Source: a virus
Virus record (IMG/VR): IMGVR_UViG_3300032722_000006
Location: 1 to 64,000 of that record
Reading direction: 5' to 3' (one strand)
Length of the DNA stretch: 64,000 nt
The translations under genes and the position numbers were made by a program. The notes under the pieces were generated by a model. The model made no database searches. It was not told the origin of the DNA and was given only the letters and a program-made list of their open reading frames with translations. Below, in pieces: positions 8,667 to 18,950 of this stretch; position 1 is the first letter of the stretch, and the number at the start of each line of letters is the position of its first letter.

Positions 8667-10649
8667 GTGCAACCAGTAGACTTTGCTAGCAATGTTTTCG
8701 ATTTCAAGATCAACATCCCGCAGACAGCGAAAGTCATCTTCGTAGCAGACATGTTCGTTGACGACTACGTCGGAGGGGCAGAACTCACATCTGAAGCACT
8801 CATCCAGGAATGTCCGTTCGAGGTATTTCGACTGCATTCCAAGGACGTGACGATGGATCTGCTCAGACAGGGTCACGAGCTCTTCTGGGTGTTCGGCAAC
8901 TTCGTGCAGTTGAACATGCAACTCATCCCGACAATCATCGGGAACATGAAGTATGCCATCCTCGAGTACGACTACAAGTTCTGTCGTGCCAGGTCACCTG
9001 AGCTTCACCTCAACGCTACTGGTACAGCATGTGACTGTCCGAGCCAGATGAATGGAAAGCTGATCAGCTCATTCTTCCAGGGAGCCCAGGGACTATTTTG
9101 GATGTCGCAGGCACAGAAAGAGCGCTACCTGACAGCGTTCCCATTTCTTAGCGAAAACGACAGCGTCGTACTCTCTAGCGTCTTCGAAAAGAAGACCCTT
9201 GGGCTCATCAAGAAGCTTCGTGAATCTGCCCCCGAAGAACGTAAGGGATGGATTGTGTTGGGATCCAAGTCTTGGATCAAGGGCGCTGAGGACGCAGAGA
9301 AGTGGTGTAAGGACAATGAAAAGGAGTACGACGTTGTCTGGGATTTGCCCTACGACAGTCTACTCGCCAGGCTTTCTGTTGCCGAAGGTTTTGTCTACCT
9401 TCCGAGAGGCGGAGATACCTGTCCCCGGATGGTCATCGAGGCCAAATTACTTGGATGTCAACTACGACTCAATGATTTTGTCCAGCACAAGAACGAGGAG
9501 TGGTTCGCCACCGATGACCTGGTCTCAATTGAGGAGTACCTCTTCACGGCCCCCAGTCTCTTCTGGAACTCGATCAGGAAGATGATGGAGTACAGGCCCA
9601 CGATCTCAGGTTACACGACGACCTACAACGCGGTCAAGCAGCAATACCCGTTCGAACAGTGTGTTCAATCGATGTTGCAATTCTGCGATGAAGTGTGTGT
9701 CGTCGACGGTGGTTCGACTGACGGCACCTATGAAGTTCTGCTAAGAATCGCAGCGGAAACTGCTACTCAAGACAACAAAGGCAACGTCAATCTGAAACTC
9801 AAGGTCAAGCAGGTCAAACGCGATTGGAAGTCAAAGCGTCATCCTATCTTCGACGGCATGCAGAAAGCAGAAGCACGTGCCATGTGTACAAGTGAGTACT
9901 GTTGGCAGATGGACAGCGACGAGATCGTGCACGAGGATGATGCACCGAAGATTGCAGGTCTGTGCCGCGTGATCCCAAAGGGCGTTGATGTCATGTCTCT
10001 TCCTGTCATCGAGTATTGGGGAGGACCAGAGAAGGTTCGTGCTGACATTCAGCCTTGGAAATGGAGGTTGAGTCGCAACCTTCCTCACATCACGCATGGT
10101 ATCCCAAAGGAACTTCGTGCAACGGATGCAGACGGACAGCCGTACGCCGTCGGTGGAACTGACGGATGCGACATGGTGCACAAGGAGACGGGTGACCGGT
10201 TGCTCAGCGTCAACTTCTACACGCCAGACGTAGAGAACGCCCGCAGGATTGCATTGTCGGGTACAGATCAATCACCCGTCGCTCTCACAGAGTACGAGCG
10301 TTGGTTCAATCAAGTCGTAGAAGGTTTGCCTTGTGTCTTCCATTACTCGTGGTATGATCTTCCGAGGAAGATCAGGTTGTACCGTGATTACTGGACGAAA
10401 CATTGGGTGCAGTTGATGGGAGGCGAATACGTAGACACGGCAGATATGAACATGATGTTCGATCTTCCATGGTCACAGGTCACTGATGAGATGATCGAGG
10501 CACGTGCGAAAGAATTTGCACAGATCGGCGGCTGGATTTGGCATCGTAAGTGGGATGGAACGAGGACACCGTGGATCACCGTCAGTAGAACACAACCCAA
10601 GGTGATGTGTGCTGAAAGAGAAACGAACGACACAGCGTCAATCATCTAG
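8667..10649 (+). CDS. Two-domain glycosyltransferase (GT-B-like N-terminus plus GT2 C-terminus)
   Basis: DTCPRMVIEAKLLG (GT4-like Ex7E region), then VVDGGSTDGT and WQMDSDE (GT2). Start set at GTG 8667 after GAGG. Confidence 0.85.
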   Translation: MQPVDFASNVFDFKINIPQTAKVIFVADMFVDDYVGGAELTSEALIQECPFEVFRLHSKDVTMDLLRQGHELFWVFGNFVQLNMQLIPTIIGNMKYAILEYDYKFCRARSPELHLNATGTACDCPSQMNGKLISSFFQGAQGLFWMSQAQKERYLTAFPFLSENDSVVLSSVFEKKTLGLIKKLRESAPEERKGWIVLGSKSWIKGAEDAEKWCKDNEKEYDVVWDLPYDSLLARLSVAEGFVYLPRGGDTCPRMVIEAKLLGCQLRLNDFVQHKNEEWFATDDLVSIEEYLFTAPSLFWNSIRKMMEYRPTISGYTTTYNAVKQQYPFEQCVQSMLQFCDEVCVVDGGSTDGTYEVLLRIAAETATQDNKGNVNLKLKVKQVKRDWKSKRHPIFDGMQKAEARAMCTSEYCWQMDSDEIVHEDDAPKIAGLCRVIPKGVDVMSLPVIEYWGGPEKVRADIQPWKWRLSRNLPHITHGIPKELRATDADGQPYAVGGTDGCDMVHKETGDRLLSVNFYTPDVENARRIALSGTDQSPVALTEYERWFNQVVEGLPCVFHYSWYDLPRKIRLYRDYWTKHWVQLMGGEYVDTADMNMMFDLPWSQVTDEMIEARAKEFAQIGGWIWHRKWDGTRTPWITVSRTQPKVMCAERETNDTASII

Positions 10650-11382
10650 ACGCACTAGAACGTACACAAGTACGATTTATGTGTATGAATGTGATGAATG
10701 TCATCAGACTTTCGAACGCAAACGACCTGAACGGCGTTTGATGCAATACTGCACTCGTGAGTGTTACCAGAATTCTGCGCGACACGGTGTGGCACATGTA
10801 TACACATTGTCAGTCATGACACCTGAGGTTCTTGAGCGAAAGAAGCAGACGATGATTGAACGCTATGGTATTGCGTCATTCATGTCATTACCAGAAGTAC
10901 GGGCAAATGCTCGTCAGACGTGCATTGAACGTTATGGTTCTCCGAGCAGTATGGGTGATTCGAAAGTTCGTGCAAAGAAAGAAGCGACTTTTATCGAACG
11001 TTACGGCACTACGGTACCCATCGCATATAACGTTGATGTCATAATGAAGTCGTGCAAAGCAATGTCGAATGTGCAGACGCTACATCACTGGAAAACGAAT
11101 GCACGTTTATGTTGCAGAGGTTCATATGAGATCGCCTTCATCAATTGGTGCAACACAAATTGTATCGACTTTGACTGGCAGATTCCATTCGAGATGCCTG
11201 ACGGTCACACGTATATCATTGATGCTTTCATCAAGGATGGCGATCATGCAAATACATGGGTGGAGATCAAGGGTTATATGAGACCGAAAGGTCGTCAGAA
11301 ATGGGAATGGTTCTGCACGGGCCATACAAATGCAGAACTGTGGGATATGGTGAGACTTCAGGAAGTAGGTGTGTTGATATGA
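10609..11382 (+). CDS. Putative free-standing homing endonuclease (ERYG repeats plus PD-(D/E)XK domain)
   Basis: CDEC zinc ribbon, three TxIERYG repeats, RGSYE...YIIDAF...WVEIKG. Confidence 0.7.
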   Translation: MLKEKRTTQRQSSRRTRTYTSTIYVYECDECHQTFERKRPERRLMQYCTRECYQNSARHGVAHVYTLSVMTPEVLERKKQTMIERYGIASFMSLPEVRANARQTCIERYGSPSSMGDSKVRAKKEATFIERYGTTVPIAYNVDVIMKSCKAMSNVQTLHHWKTNARLCCRGSYEIAFINWCNTNCIDFDWQIPFEMPDGHTYIIDAFIKDGDHANTWVEIKGYMRPKGRQKWEWFCTGHTNAELWDMVRLQEVGVLI

Positions 11383-11612
11383 CACTTCGTAAACGAATCG
11401 TTGAGGCGCTTGAGAATTATTTCCTGTGTTCAAGCGCCTACTACACCGCTGTGGAGATCAAGCGCATGCTCGATCACTCAAGGATCATTCATCCTCAAGT
11501 CGTCAAGCTGTCCTCATTGTCAAGTGTCCTGAAAAGGATGTACGATGCTGGAGAGCTTGAGCGCATCGATGGGGTAGGACCGCGTGGTGGCTTTGGTTAC
11601 AGGGTGAAATGA
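11379..11612 (+). CDS. Small winged-helix-like protein
   Basis: ATGA-coupled start. SLSSVLKRMYDAGELER...GFGYRV is a wHTH-like pattern. Confidence 0.55.
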   Translation: MTLRKRIVEALENYFLCSSAYYTAVEIKRMLDHSRIIHPQVVKLSSLSSVLKRMYDAGELERIDGVGPRGGFGYRVK

Positions 11613-12337
11613 TGAGAACTGTGAACATCAGGCAGAAGCTCGAGGAGATGGGTGTCGTCCTTGACTCGATCGTCATGGGTGACTTTGATCACATCGGAGA
11701 GTTCACAGCAAAACGAAACAGGGAACCCAACGACCCGAACTACAAGAAGCATGGCATGTTCTTCCGCCCGAACTACGAGCGCGGGATCCTCATCTACTAC
11801 CTCATTCGCCAGTTCAACCTGACTTCGATGTTAGAGGTCGGCATGGGTCGAGGCTACTCAACGTTCTGTGCTGCAAGAGCGTTCCACGATGCAGGTGTGC
11901 AAGGCAAGATCATCACCATTGACCCGGTCATCGATGAGAAGTACCTCGGTATGCTGCAGCAGGTGCTACCTCAAGAGTGGTTCAAGTATGTGAATTTTGC
12001 TCGCGGCACATCAGCTGCAATCCTTCCGCAGATCAACGAGAAGTTTGATCTTGTCTACATTGACGGTGATCACTCGTACAATGGAACGAAGTTTGATTGG
12101 GAGAACACGAAGGAAAAGTGGAACAAGTTCCTCCTGTTCGATGACTATCACATGTCTACAAAGAACGATCCCGGTATCCAGTGCAATCGTCTCATCGACG
12201 AAATTGACGATTCCTCTAAGGAGCTGATCATCATGGACAGGCGTATTTTCTTCGATGATCGTCGCCTCACTGACGACCAGGTCGACTACGGACAGGTGCT
12301 GCTCAGCAAGGAAGGAACTACACGTGATGATTGGTGA
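11609..12337 (+). CDS. Class I SAM-dependent methyltransferase (Methyltransf_24-like)
   Basis: LEVGMGRGYST, ITIDP, FDLVYIDGDHSY and LFDDY. Confidence 0.85.
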   Translation: MMRTVNIRQKLEEMGVVLDSIVMGDFDHIGEFTAKRNREPNDPNYKKHGMFFRPNYERGILIYYLIRQFNLTSMLEVGMGRGYSTFCAARAFHDAGVQGKIITIDPVIDEKYLGMLQQVLPQEWFKYVNFARGTSAAILPQINEKFDLVYIDGDHSYNGTKFDWENTKEKWNKFLLFDDYHMSTKNDPGIQCNRLIDEIDDSSKELIIMDRRIFFDDRRLTDDQVDYGQVLLSKEGTTRDDW

Positions 12338-12686
12338 GTATCGATGTAGGAGACCTCCCACCGGATGGTCGTGTTCTCGTAACGAAGATCACGAAGGACC
12401 TTGCGCAGCAACACCGGTATGGACGTCCGAACAGTTGAGAAGGGTCGAGGAGCGTCGAGGTGATCCAATCTTCTACCTCACAAAGGAGCAGCAAAAGGAA
12501 ATCCGTGACTGGCGACGTTCTCATAATCGAGAAAAGCACATGGAGACTGACGACGTGCCCAGAAATGTTGGCTCAATCGGTGGAGAATATACGTACTGCA
12601 TCACGCCCACGAGCCTCGGTGAAGGCGTTCGTGTGAAGTGCTCATGTGGGGAGGAGATTGATGTCTCACACTACGAAAACTGGTGA
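12327..12686 (+). CDS. Hypothetical Cys/His-containing protein
   Basis: CRRPPTGWSCSRNEDHEGPC and GGEYTYCITPTSLG...KCSCG. Confidence 0.6.
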   Translation: MIGEYRCRRPPTGWSCSRNEDHEGPCAATPVWTSEQLRRVEERRGDPIFYLTKEQQKEIRDWRRSHNREKHMETDDVPRNVGSIGGEYTYCITPTSLGEGVRVKCSCGEEIDVSHYENW

Positions 12687-13416
12687 CAATCGATTCGTCT
12701 TTGTCGCGCCGATGTACAATGCGTCTAAGACGTTGGGCAGGATGCTGCACTCTGTCTGTGGGCAGTCCTATGACAAATGGAAGGTCATCCTAATCGATGA
12801 TGTTTCGTCAGAGGAACACAAGAAAGTTGAGGAGGAGATCGTACTGCAATTCCAGTGCTTGATGAACGGTACGTACTCCGAACAAATTGAGGTCGTATGG
12901 AATGCTGAAAAGAGGTGGGAGGTCGCGAACGTTCTCAAGGGAATCTCGATGTGTAAGGATGACGACATCATCTGTCGCATCGATGCAGATGATTGGTTGA
13001 CTGACCTCGATGCATTGCAGTACATCAATGCGATTTACAATCACACAAAGTGTGAGGCCGCGTGGTCTGCACACAGGTGGGGTTACACGGACAAGAATAT
13101 CAGCGGTCCTCTGCTTCCGGAGATTGACGTGTACAACCAACCCTGGGTGAGCTCGCACCTCAAGACGTTCAGGAAGCACGTCATCAATGGTGTGAAGGAC
13201 GAGAACTTCCGCGGTGAGGACGGCGAGTACATCACGCGCGCCGGGGACCAGGCGATTTATTTGCCAGTCCTGCACAACACAACGAATTGTGGGTTCATTC
13301 CGCGAGTGTTCTACCACTACACGATCGAGGACATCCCTGAAACGTACCAGACGCCTGACGCATATTTCCAACGTGACGAAGCGGAGTTCCTACGAAAGCG
13401 TGGGTACGTAGAGTGA
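12661..13416 (+). CDS. Glycosyltransferase family 2
   Basis: APMYNA, ILIDDVS and CRIDADDWL (DxD). Confidence 0.9.
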   Translation: MSHTTKTGDNRFVFVAPMYNASKTLGRMLHSVCGQSYDKWKVILIDDVSSEEHKKVEEEIVLQFQCLMNGTYSEQIEVVWNAEKRWEVANVLKGISMCKDDDIICRIDADDWLTDLDALQYINAIYNHTKCEAAWSAHRWGYTDKNISGPLLPEIDVYNQPWVSSHLKTFRKHVINGVKDENFRGEDGEYITRAGDQAIYLPVLHNTTNCGFIPRVFYHYTIEDIPETYQTPDAYFQRDEAEFLRKRGYVE

Positions 13417-13442
13417 AAACCTGACGCTCACCGTGGTAGACT
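13413..13442 (+). promoter_or_regulatory. Leaderless-type promoter
   Basis: GTGAAAA-17 nt-TAGACT, ATG 6 nt after the -10. Confidence 0.55.
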
Positions 13443-13448
13443 AAGAAC

Positions 13449-14429
13449 ATGCAGGTCTACATCAATAGAGGTCCCGTGCAAGGCCCTTGGGGCGGCGGAG
13501 CAAAATTCTTCAACGCGTACTGGGAGTTTACAGGTGAGCACGATCCGCTAACTCTAGCTGTGTCGCAAGGATTTCCAGCTGGGTCGCGTGGTGACATCGA
13601 ACTGTGTGACGATCCATCGATGAACATCAATCCGGACGTTATGCTCATCGTGGGTCTTGATAACCAGGGACCGACACAGATCAGCATCGATCAGGCAGTG
13701 ATGTACCAGCTCTACGTGAAGCCCACGTGTAAGATCGTGCTTCGCGTCAACGAATGTGATGCTCGAAAGGGTACCACAGGCATGGACGAGATGCTGCTCA
13801 AGGTCTCAGAGCATGTCGATGGCACGGTGTTCGTGTCAAACTGGCTAAAGGACTACTTCAATGAGAAGGGGTGGGCCTGCAAGGAACAGACCGTCATCTA
13901 CAACGGTGTTCAACGTAGCATCTTCAAGCAGCAACCAAAGCTCAACAACGGCAAGCTCAACATCGTCGCCCATCATTGGAGCGACAATCGCATGAAGGGT
14001 GCTGACGTCTACGAGAAGATAGACGAGCTGGTAGGTGAGCAGCCCGACAAGTTTGCTTTCACGTACGTCGGGCGGCACCAATGTGACTTCAAGAACACGA
14101 AGGTCATTAGACCTCTTCACGGCCATGCATTGGGTGCGGAGCTCGGCAAGCACGACGTGTACGTGTCAGGGTCGTTGTTCGACCCAGGACCCAATCACAT
14201 TCTCGAATCACTTGCATGTGAGCTACCCACGTACGTACACAGAGACGGCGGTGGAGCTGTCGAGTTTGCAGGTTGCGATTCGACATACGTGTCATGGACT
14301 GACCTCAAGAATCGTCTCGAGCATCACCTGCATCCCACGGGCGTCCCCGCAATACATCTGCGTTCGTGGAAGGAATCTGTAGCAGAGTACAACGACTTCC
14401 TCAAGTCGATCGTAAACTTGCCAGCGTGA
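13449..14429 (+). CDS. Glycosyltransferase, GT4-like
   Basis: PWGGG, VFVSNW, VIYNGV, KG and DPGPNHILESLACELP. Confidence 0.85.
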   Translation: MQVYINRGPVQGPWGGGAKFFNAYWEFTGEHDPLTLAVSQGFPAGSRGDIELCDDPSMNINPDVMLIVGLDNQGPTQISIDQAVMYQLYVKPTCKIVLRVNECDARKGTTGMDEMLLKVSEHVDGTVFVSNWLKDYFNEKGWACKEQTVIYNGVQRSIFKQQPKLNNGKLNIVAHHWSDNRMKGADVYEKIDELVGEQPDKFAFTYVGRHQCDFKNTKVIRPLHGHALGAELGKHDVYVSGSLFDPGPNHILESLACELPTYVHRDGGGAVEFAGCDSTYVSWTDLKNRLEHHLHPTGVPAIHLRSWKESVAEYNDFLKSIVNLPA

Positions 14430-14460
14430 TCAATGGCACACGACGTTGTACAGTGTACGC

Positions 14461-14844
14461 ATGTCTGACGAAAATAAGCGCATCAGGTTTGCAGAGTTGC
14501 TGGAACTGCACCTCAACAACGTTGTCCAGCAAAAGTTCATCAATGAATCTCTAACTCCAAATCTGATGCGCGAGATCAGAGCATCAATCAGGACAACGAT
14601 TGATAGCGTCTTCACTGCTAGCAAGTACAAGATCGGTCCAAATGCCCGTGCATGGTTGACAGATCAGTTCTTCAAGTCAATCAAGTTCAATGGTGGCGAG
14701 ATGATGGCTGACCAGGTCATCATCCATGAATACAAGTTGTCGGATCTGCCGTACAATGACGTCCAGCTGCTGAAAAATCTCTTCAATGAGACGGTCATGG
14801 GACCTCTTCTCGAGGAAGAATTTCGGCGAAGGAGCACGTCATGA
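14461..14844 (+). CDS. Hypothetical protein (paralog of the next ORF)
   Basis: Aligns end-to-end by eye with 14841..15209. Confidence 0.7.
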   Translation: MSDENKRIRFAELLELHLNNVVQQKFINESLTPNLMREIRASIRTTIDSVFTASKYKIGPNARAWLTDQFFKSIKFNGGEMMADQVIIHEYKLSDLPYNDVQLLKNLFNETVMGPLLEEEFRRRSTS

Positions 14845-15209
14845 AGCCGGCCGAATTGCACGAGACCATCAGCAAGTTGCTAGGGACGAAGCTGCAGCCC
14901 CTCATCACGGGAGAGCGCAAGCTCAACCTGGTGTCCTGCGTCGAGATCTACACGACCATCTTCGATTCCCTGATCGAGGTGCTCGTCGAGTCCGGGATCC
15001 ACATCCCGAACGAGGCGATGAATTTTCTTGCACAATCATATTACGATGGGATCCTCGTGAATGGAAAAGAAGAACTTGACCCTGACATCTTCACACAACG
15101 AGCGAAATTGGAGAACATTGAAACCAAACACCTTGCGATCCTTGCTGCGATCCTGAACGGCACGGACTTTGCCGTGCCGATCATTCAGGAGATCAAGAAG
15201 CGATCGTGA
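14841..15209 (+). CDS. Hypothetical protein (paralog of the previous ORF)
   Basis: ATGA-coupled. FLAQSYYDGILVNG versus WLTDQFFKSIKFNG in the paralog. Confidence 0.7.
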   Translation: MKPAELHETISKLLGTKLQPLITGERKLNLVSCVEIYTTIFDSLIEVLVESGIHIPNEAMNFLAQSYYDGILVNGKEELDPDIFTQRAKLENIETKHLAILAAILNGTDFAVPIIQEIKKRS

Positions 15210-15210
15210 C

Positions 15211-16164
15211 ATGAAGGTACATCTTGACAGCGTAAACCTCCTGGCGGCGTCGGGGCCCAATACGTTCGCGTACAGGCTATCGAAAGCATTGCTCGAGCTG
15301 GGTCACGATGTCATCTTCGGCGATGGAACAGACGCTGACGTATCACTCGTTTTCATCCAGCCCACGATCGGTGCAAAGCTTGCGAAGAGGATCGTTCAGA
15401 GGCTCGATGGCCTGTGGAGCAAGCCAAGCGAGTTTCATACAAAGAATAAGCCTCTGAAGTCGCTCTACAACGTTGCTGACGCAGTCGTGTGGCAATCAGA
15501 ATTTGATCGCAAGATGACTCTGCGATGGTGGGGCGACAAAAAGAAAGGCGTTGTGATCCACAATGGGATCAACTTGGATCCAATCAAGGAACTAACGCTA
15601 CCTGCGCTCGTTGACATGCGACAGATGTACCAACAGATGTACGTTAGCAGTTCGCACTGGCATCCGCAGAAGCGGCTTGACGCTAACATCAGATTGTTTC
15701 ATCGTCTACGCGAGAAGAATCAAAGCAGCTGTCTCATCATCTGCGGACGTAATCCGTACAAGATGCAGCCACATCCACACATCTTCTACACAGGGGTAGT
15801 TCCACAGGAAGTGTACCTGCAAATCTACTCTGCAGCAAACTACATGCTTCATCTTGCATGGGCAGATCACTGTCCGAACGTTGTGGTCGAAGCATTGTCG
15901 CAAGGCACTCCTGTGGTATGCAGTGAGGTCGGTGGCACACGTGAACTGATCAGGAACGTCACCGGCAATGACTATGGTGTCGTCTTGAAGGAGCAAACAC
16001 CTTACAACTTTGAGCTCGTTGACTATGATGATCCTCCCGACATCGACGTTACGCAGGTCGATGACCTTCCCCCTCGCGATCGTCTTGGTGAGTTCTACAC
16101 GGGCAACATCGACATCAAGCAAGTCGCAAAGAAATACGTGAAACTCTTTGAAAGTATCAAATGA
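15211..16164 (+). CDS. Glycosyltransferase, GT4-like
   Basis: SGPNTF, VWQSEF, VIHNGI and DHCPNVVVEALSQGTPVV. Confidence 0.88.
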   Translation: MKVHLDSVNLLAASGPNTFAYRLSKALLELGHDVIFGDGTDADVSLVFIQPTIGAKLAKRIVQRLDGLWSKPSEFHTKNKPLKSLYNVADAVVWQSEFDRKMTLRWWGDKKKGVVIHNGINLDPIKELTLPALVDMRQMYQQMYVSSSHWHPQKRLDANIRLFHRLREKNQSSCLIICGRNPYKMQPHPHIFYTGVVPQEVYLQIYSAANYMLHLAWADHCPNVVVEALSQGTPVVCSEVGGTRELIRNVTGNDYGVVLKEQTPYNFELVDYDDPPDIDVTQVDDLPPRDRLGEFYTGNIDIKQVAKKYVKLFESIK

Positions 16165-17069
16165 ACAAGGTATTCATCCTCGCGCCCAACGAGAGTTGGA
16201 TCGTTGACCGCCTCGACAAGGAGTGGTATGATGACAACCCTGACATCAGCGTTGATGATCCTCGTGAAGCAGATGTGATCTGGTTACATGCTGATTGGTG
16301 TTTTGATCAGCTCCCATATGAGCTTCTTCAACAGAAGCAAGTGATCACAACGATCCATCACATCGTTCCTGAGAAATTTGACGTCGCTGCGAGGCTAGCG
16401 TTCAAGCATCGTGACATGATCACTGACATGTATCACGTGATGAACATTCACACGTTGGACTTCGTCAGACCATTGACGTCAAAACCCATCGAGCTCATCC
16501 CGTACTGGGCAAATCATAGGATCTGGAAGCGAACGGATGATCGCGCTAACCTCCGGAGGAAGCACGGCCTCCCGGTGAACGGTTATCTTGTGGGTTCATT
16601 TCAGCGTGACACAGAGGGGGCAGGTATTCCCAAGGGGATTTACCTACCCAAGCTCGAGAAGGGACCTGACCTGCTCGCGAACTATCTCGAAGCGCTCAAC
16701 GTCTTCAGACCGATTCATGTCGTTCTCGCAGGCTGGCGCCGTCAATACATCATGTCCAGACTTGAAGAGATGAACATCCGATGCACGTACTTCGAGATGC
16801 CAGAACAAGAAGTCGTCAATGAGCTATACCAGACGCTTGACCTGTATCCCGTCACCGCGCGGCAGGAAGGTGGACCACAAAGTCTCATCGAGTGTGGGCT
16901 GGTGGGCGTGCCTTGCGTCTCTCGAGACATCGGAATTGCATCGCAGGTGTTACCTCCGTCAGCAGTCAACGACAACACGTTGCTTGCGACGCCTGCAATT
17001 CCAAACGTAGAACACATGAGGATCCCAAAGGCATACGAACCCTACAGGAAACTCATTGAATCACTATGA
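16161..17069 (+). CDS. Glycosyltransferase, GT4-like
   Basis: GSFQRDTEG, EKGPD and EGGPQSLIECGLVGVP. Confidence 0.85.
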   Translation: MNKVFILAPNESWIVDRLDKEWYDDNPDISVDDPREADVIWLHADWCFDQLPYELLQQKQVITTIHHIVPEKFDVAARLAFKHRDMITDMYHVMNIHTLDFVRPLTSKPIELIPYWANHRIWKRTDDRANLRRKHGLPVNGYLVGSFQRDTEGAGIPKGIYLPKLEKGPDLLANYLEALNVFRPIHVVLAGWRRQYIMSRLEEMNIRCTYFEMPEQEVVNELYQTLDLYPVTARQEGGPQSLIECGLVGVPCVSRDIGIASQVLPPSAVNDNTLLATPAIPNVEHMRIPKAYEPYRKLIESL

Positions 17070-17881
17070 GACCAAGCATTCTACTGGTCACATGTTGCCT
17101 CGAGCAGTCGCGTTACGATGTGTTGAAACGGGTGATCGCCAACATCAAGGATTCTTGTCCTCCTGAGTGGGCAAACGAAATCACTGTCTTTGACAACGCA
17201 TCAACGTTCGTTGGTATGGGTGAGCTTTGCTCTGCCTTCAAGAATGTCTATCGTGCTGACCGTAACGTTGGGTATTGGACAGCAATCGACTGGTGGCTCG
17301 ACTCGCTAGCGCAGAATCCGCCCGAGTACACGTACATCATCGAATCGGATATGATCCACTACGGTGCGCACAGAATGCAAGATTGCGTCACGTTCATGGA
17401 CGAACATCCTGACGTAGGGGCCGTACGATTACAGGAGTACTCAGTAGAGAACTTTCGCCTCTACAACAAGGAGAGACCTGTACAGGGCTCCCACAAGAAC
17501 ATCTGGCAGGTGCACACAAATCGTGTGACGAACGAAGGCGTGAAACACGAACGCGTCGGTGAGGGATCGTTCTGGAGAACGAACTTCTTGACGCAGCTAC
17601 CCGCTCTCAACCGATACGTTGCGATGAGAGACGCGTTCAATAAACTACGTGTAATGCACAGCTTCACTGAATTCGACTTTCAACAACTCTATCATTCGTC
17701 ATACCCGCGAAATGCCCTCATCAATGGAGGCATCTTTACATGTGAGCAGCAGCCCCATGACAAAAATGTCATCACAGGATCATGGACGTTGCCCAAGGTG
17801 TTAGCCAAACAGGGGTACCTGCCCACACGCCAGGCATTCATCGCTCCACGTGACCAGTACACGGTGGTCCGTCTGAAGTAA
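17066..17881 (+). CDS. GT-A fold (GT2-like) protein
   Basis: ITVFDNAS, NVGY and YIIESD. Confidence 0.65.
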   Translation: MRPSILLVTCCLEQSRYDVLKRVIANIKDSCPPEWANEITVFDNASTFVGMGELCSAFKNVYRADRNVGYWTAIDWWLDSLAQNPPEYTYIIESDMIHYGAHRMQDCVTFMDEHPDVGAVRLQEYSVENFRLYNKERPVQGSHKNIWQVHTNRVTNEGVKHERVGEGSFWRTNFLTQLPALNRYVAMRDAFNKLRVMHSFTEFDFQQLYHSSYPRNALINGGIFTCEQQPHDKNVITGSWTLPKVLAKQGYLPTRQAFIAPRDQYTVVRLK

Positions 17882-17890
17882 AGTTTGAGC

Positions 17891-18949
17891 ATGTCAAGGG
17901 TCCTGATCTTCGGCGGCACCGGTTCTCTTGGTCGAAAACTGATCGATAGGTGGTTGCCTCCGGGCGTAGTCGGGACAAGAGAAGTCGCTGTATATTCACG
18001 TGACGAAGCGAAGCACTGGACCATCAGAAATGAGCTCTCGGCCGGGGCATTGGCTCCATCCCTCGACAGGCTGCGATTTTACGTGGGTGACGTGAGGGAC
18101 CGAGCTCGGGTCCAGGACGTCCTCAGGCAATACAGGCCGACCACCATCATCATAGCGGCGGCATTGAAGCAAGTTGATACCTGCGAATTGACGCCTGATG
18201 AAAGTGTGAAGACGAACGTAATAGGAACGCAAAACATCATCGATGCCGCGAACGCCGCGTCAGATGACATCGACATCAGGACCGTCCTGTTCGTCAGCAC
18301 TGACAAGGCATGCGCACCGGTCAATGTCTATGGGATGTGTAAGGCAATCTCAGAGCGTATCGTCACGAGTCAGGCTGACACTGGTTCAAGGCTGATACGC
18401 TACCTTGCAGTTCGTTACGGTAACGTCCTCGAATCACGAGGTAGCATCATCCCGCTGTTCAAACACCAGGCGTTGAACAGCGAATTCCTTACTGTCACCG
18501 ATCCCTCAATGACGAGATTTTGCATGACGCTTGACGACAGCGTCAGTCTGATTGAGAAAGCGATCAATCATGGCGCAAATGGTGAAACTTGGATACCGTG
18601 CCTTCCCTCAATGAGGATCGGCGATCTTGCTGACATCTTCTCAGAGAGGTATGGCAAGCCTATCAAGATCATCGGGTTGAGGCCCGGCGAGAAGAAACAC
18701 GAAGATCTGGTGAATGAATCAGAGTCTGTACGGACTCGCAAGCTACAACCTCCCGTTGGATTCAACTATGTCATCAAGCCTGCATTCAACGCAGGGACAG
18801 GTGCGAGGTTCACGTACTCGAGTTCAGACATCGTGATGGATCGTTCTTCTCTTGAACGGTATCTCAACACGTTGGGCGTGCTGGATGCACCTCTTGAGAG
18901 TTTCAAGGGCGCATCGATCGAAGAGATCGCAACCAATCGTAAGGAATGA
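17891..18949 (+). CDS. UDP-N-acetylglucosamine 4,6-dehydratase (PseB/FlaA1/CapD-like SDR)
   Basis: GGTGSLG, YSRDE, AAALKQV, STDKA, YGMCK, RYGNV and RPGEKKHE. Confidence 0.92.
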   Translation: MSRVLIFGGTGSLGRKLIDRWLPPGVVGTREVAVYSRDEAKHWTIRNELSAGALAPSLDRLRFYVGDVRDRARVQDVLRQYRPTTIIIAAALKQVDTCELTPDESVKTNVIGTQNIIDAANAASDDIDIRTVLFVSTDKACAPVNVYGMCKAISERIVTSQADTGSRLIRYLAVRYGNVLESRGSIIPLFKHQALNSEFLTVTDPSMTRFCMTLDDSVSLIEKAINHGANGETWIPCLPSMRIGDLADIFSERYGKPIKIIGLRPGEKKHEDLVNESESVRTRKLQPPVGFNYVIKPAFNAGTGARFTYSSSDIVMDRSSLERYLNTLGVLDAPLESFKGASIEEIATNRKE

Positions 18950-18950
18950 C

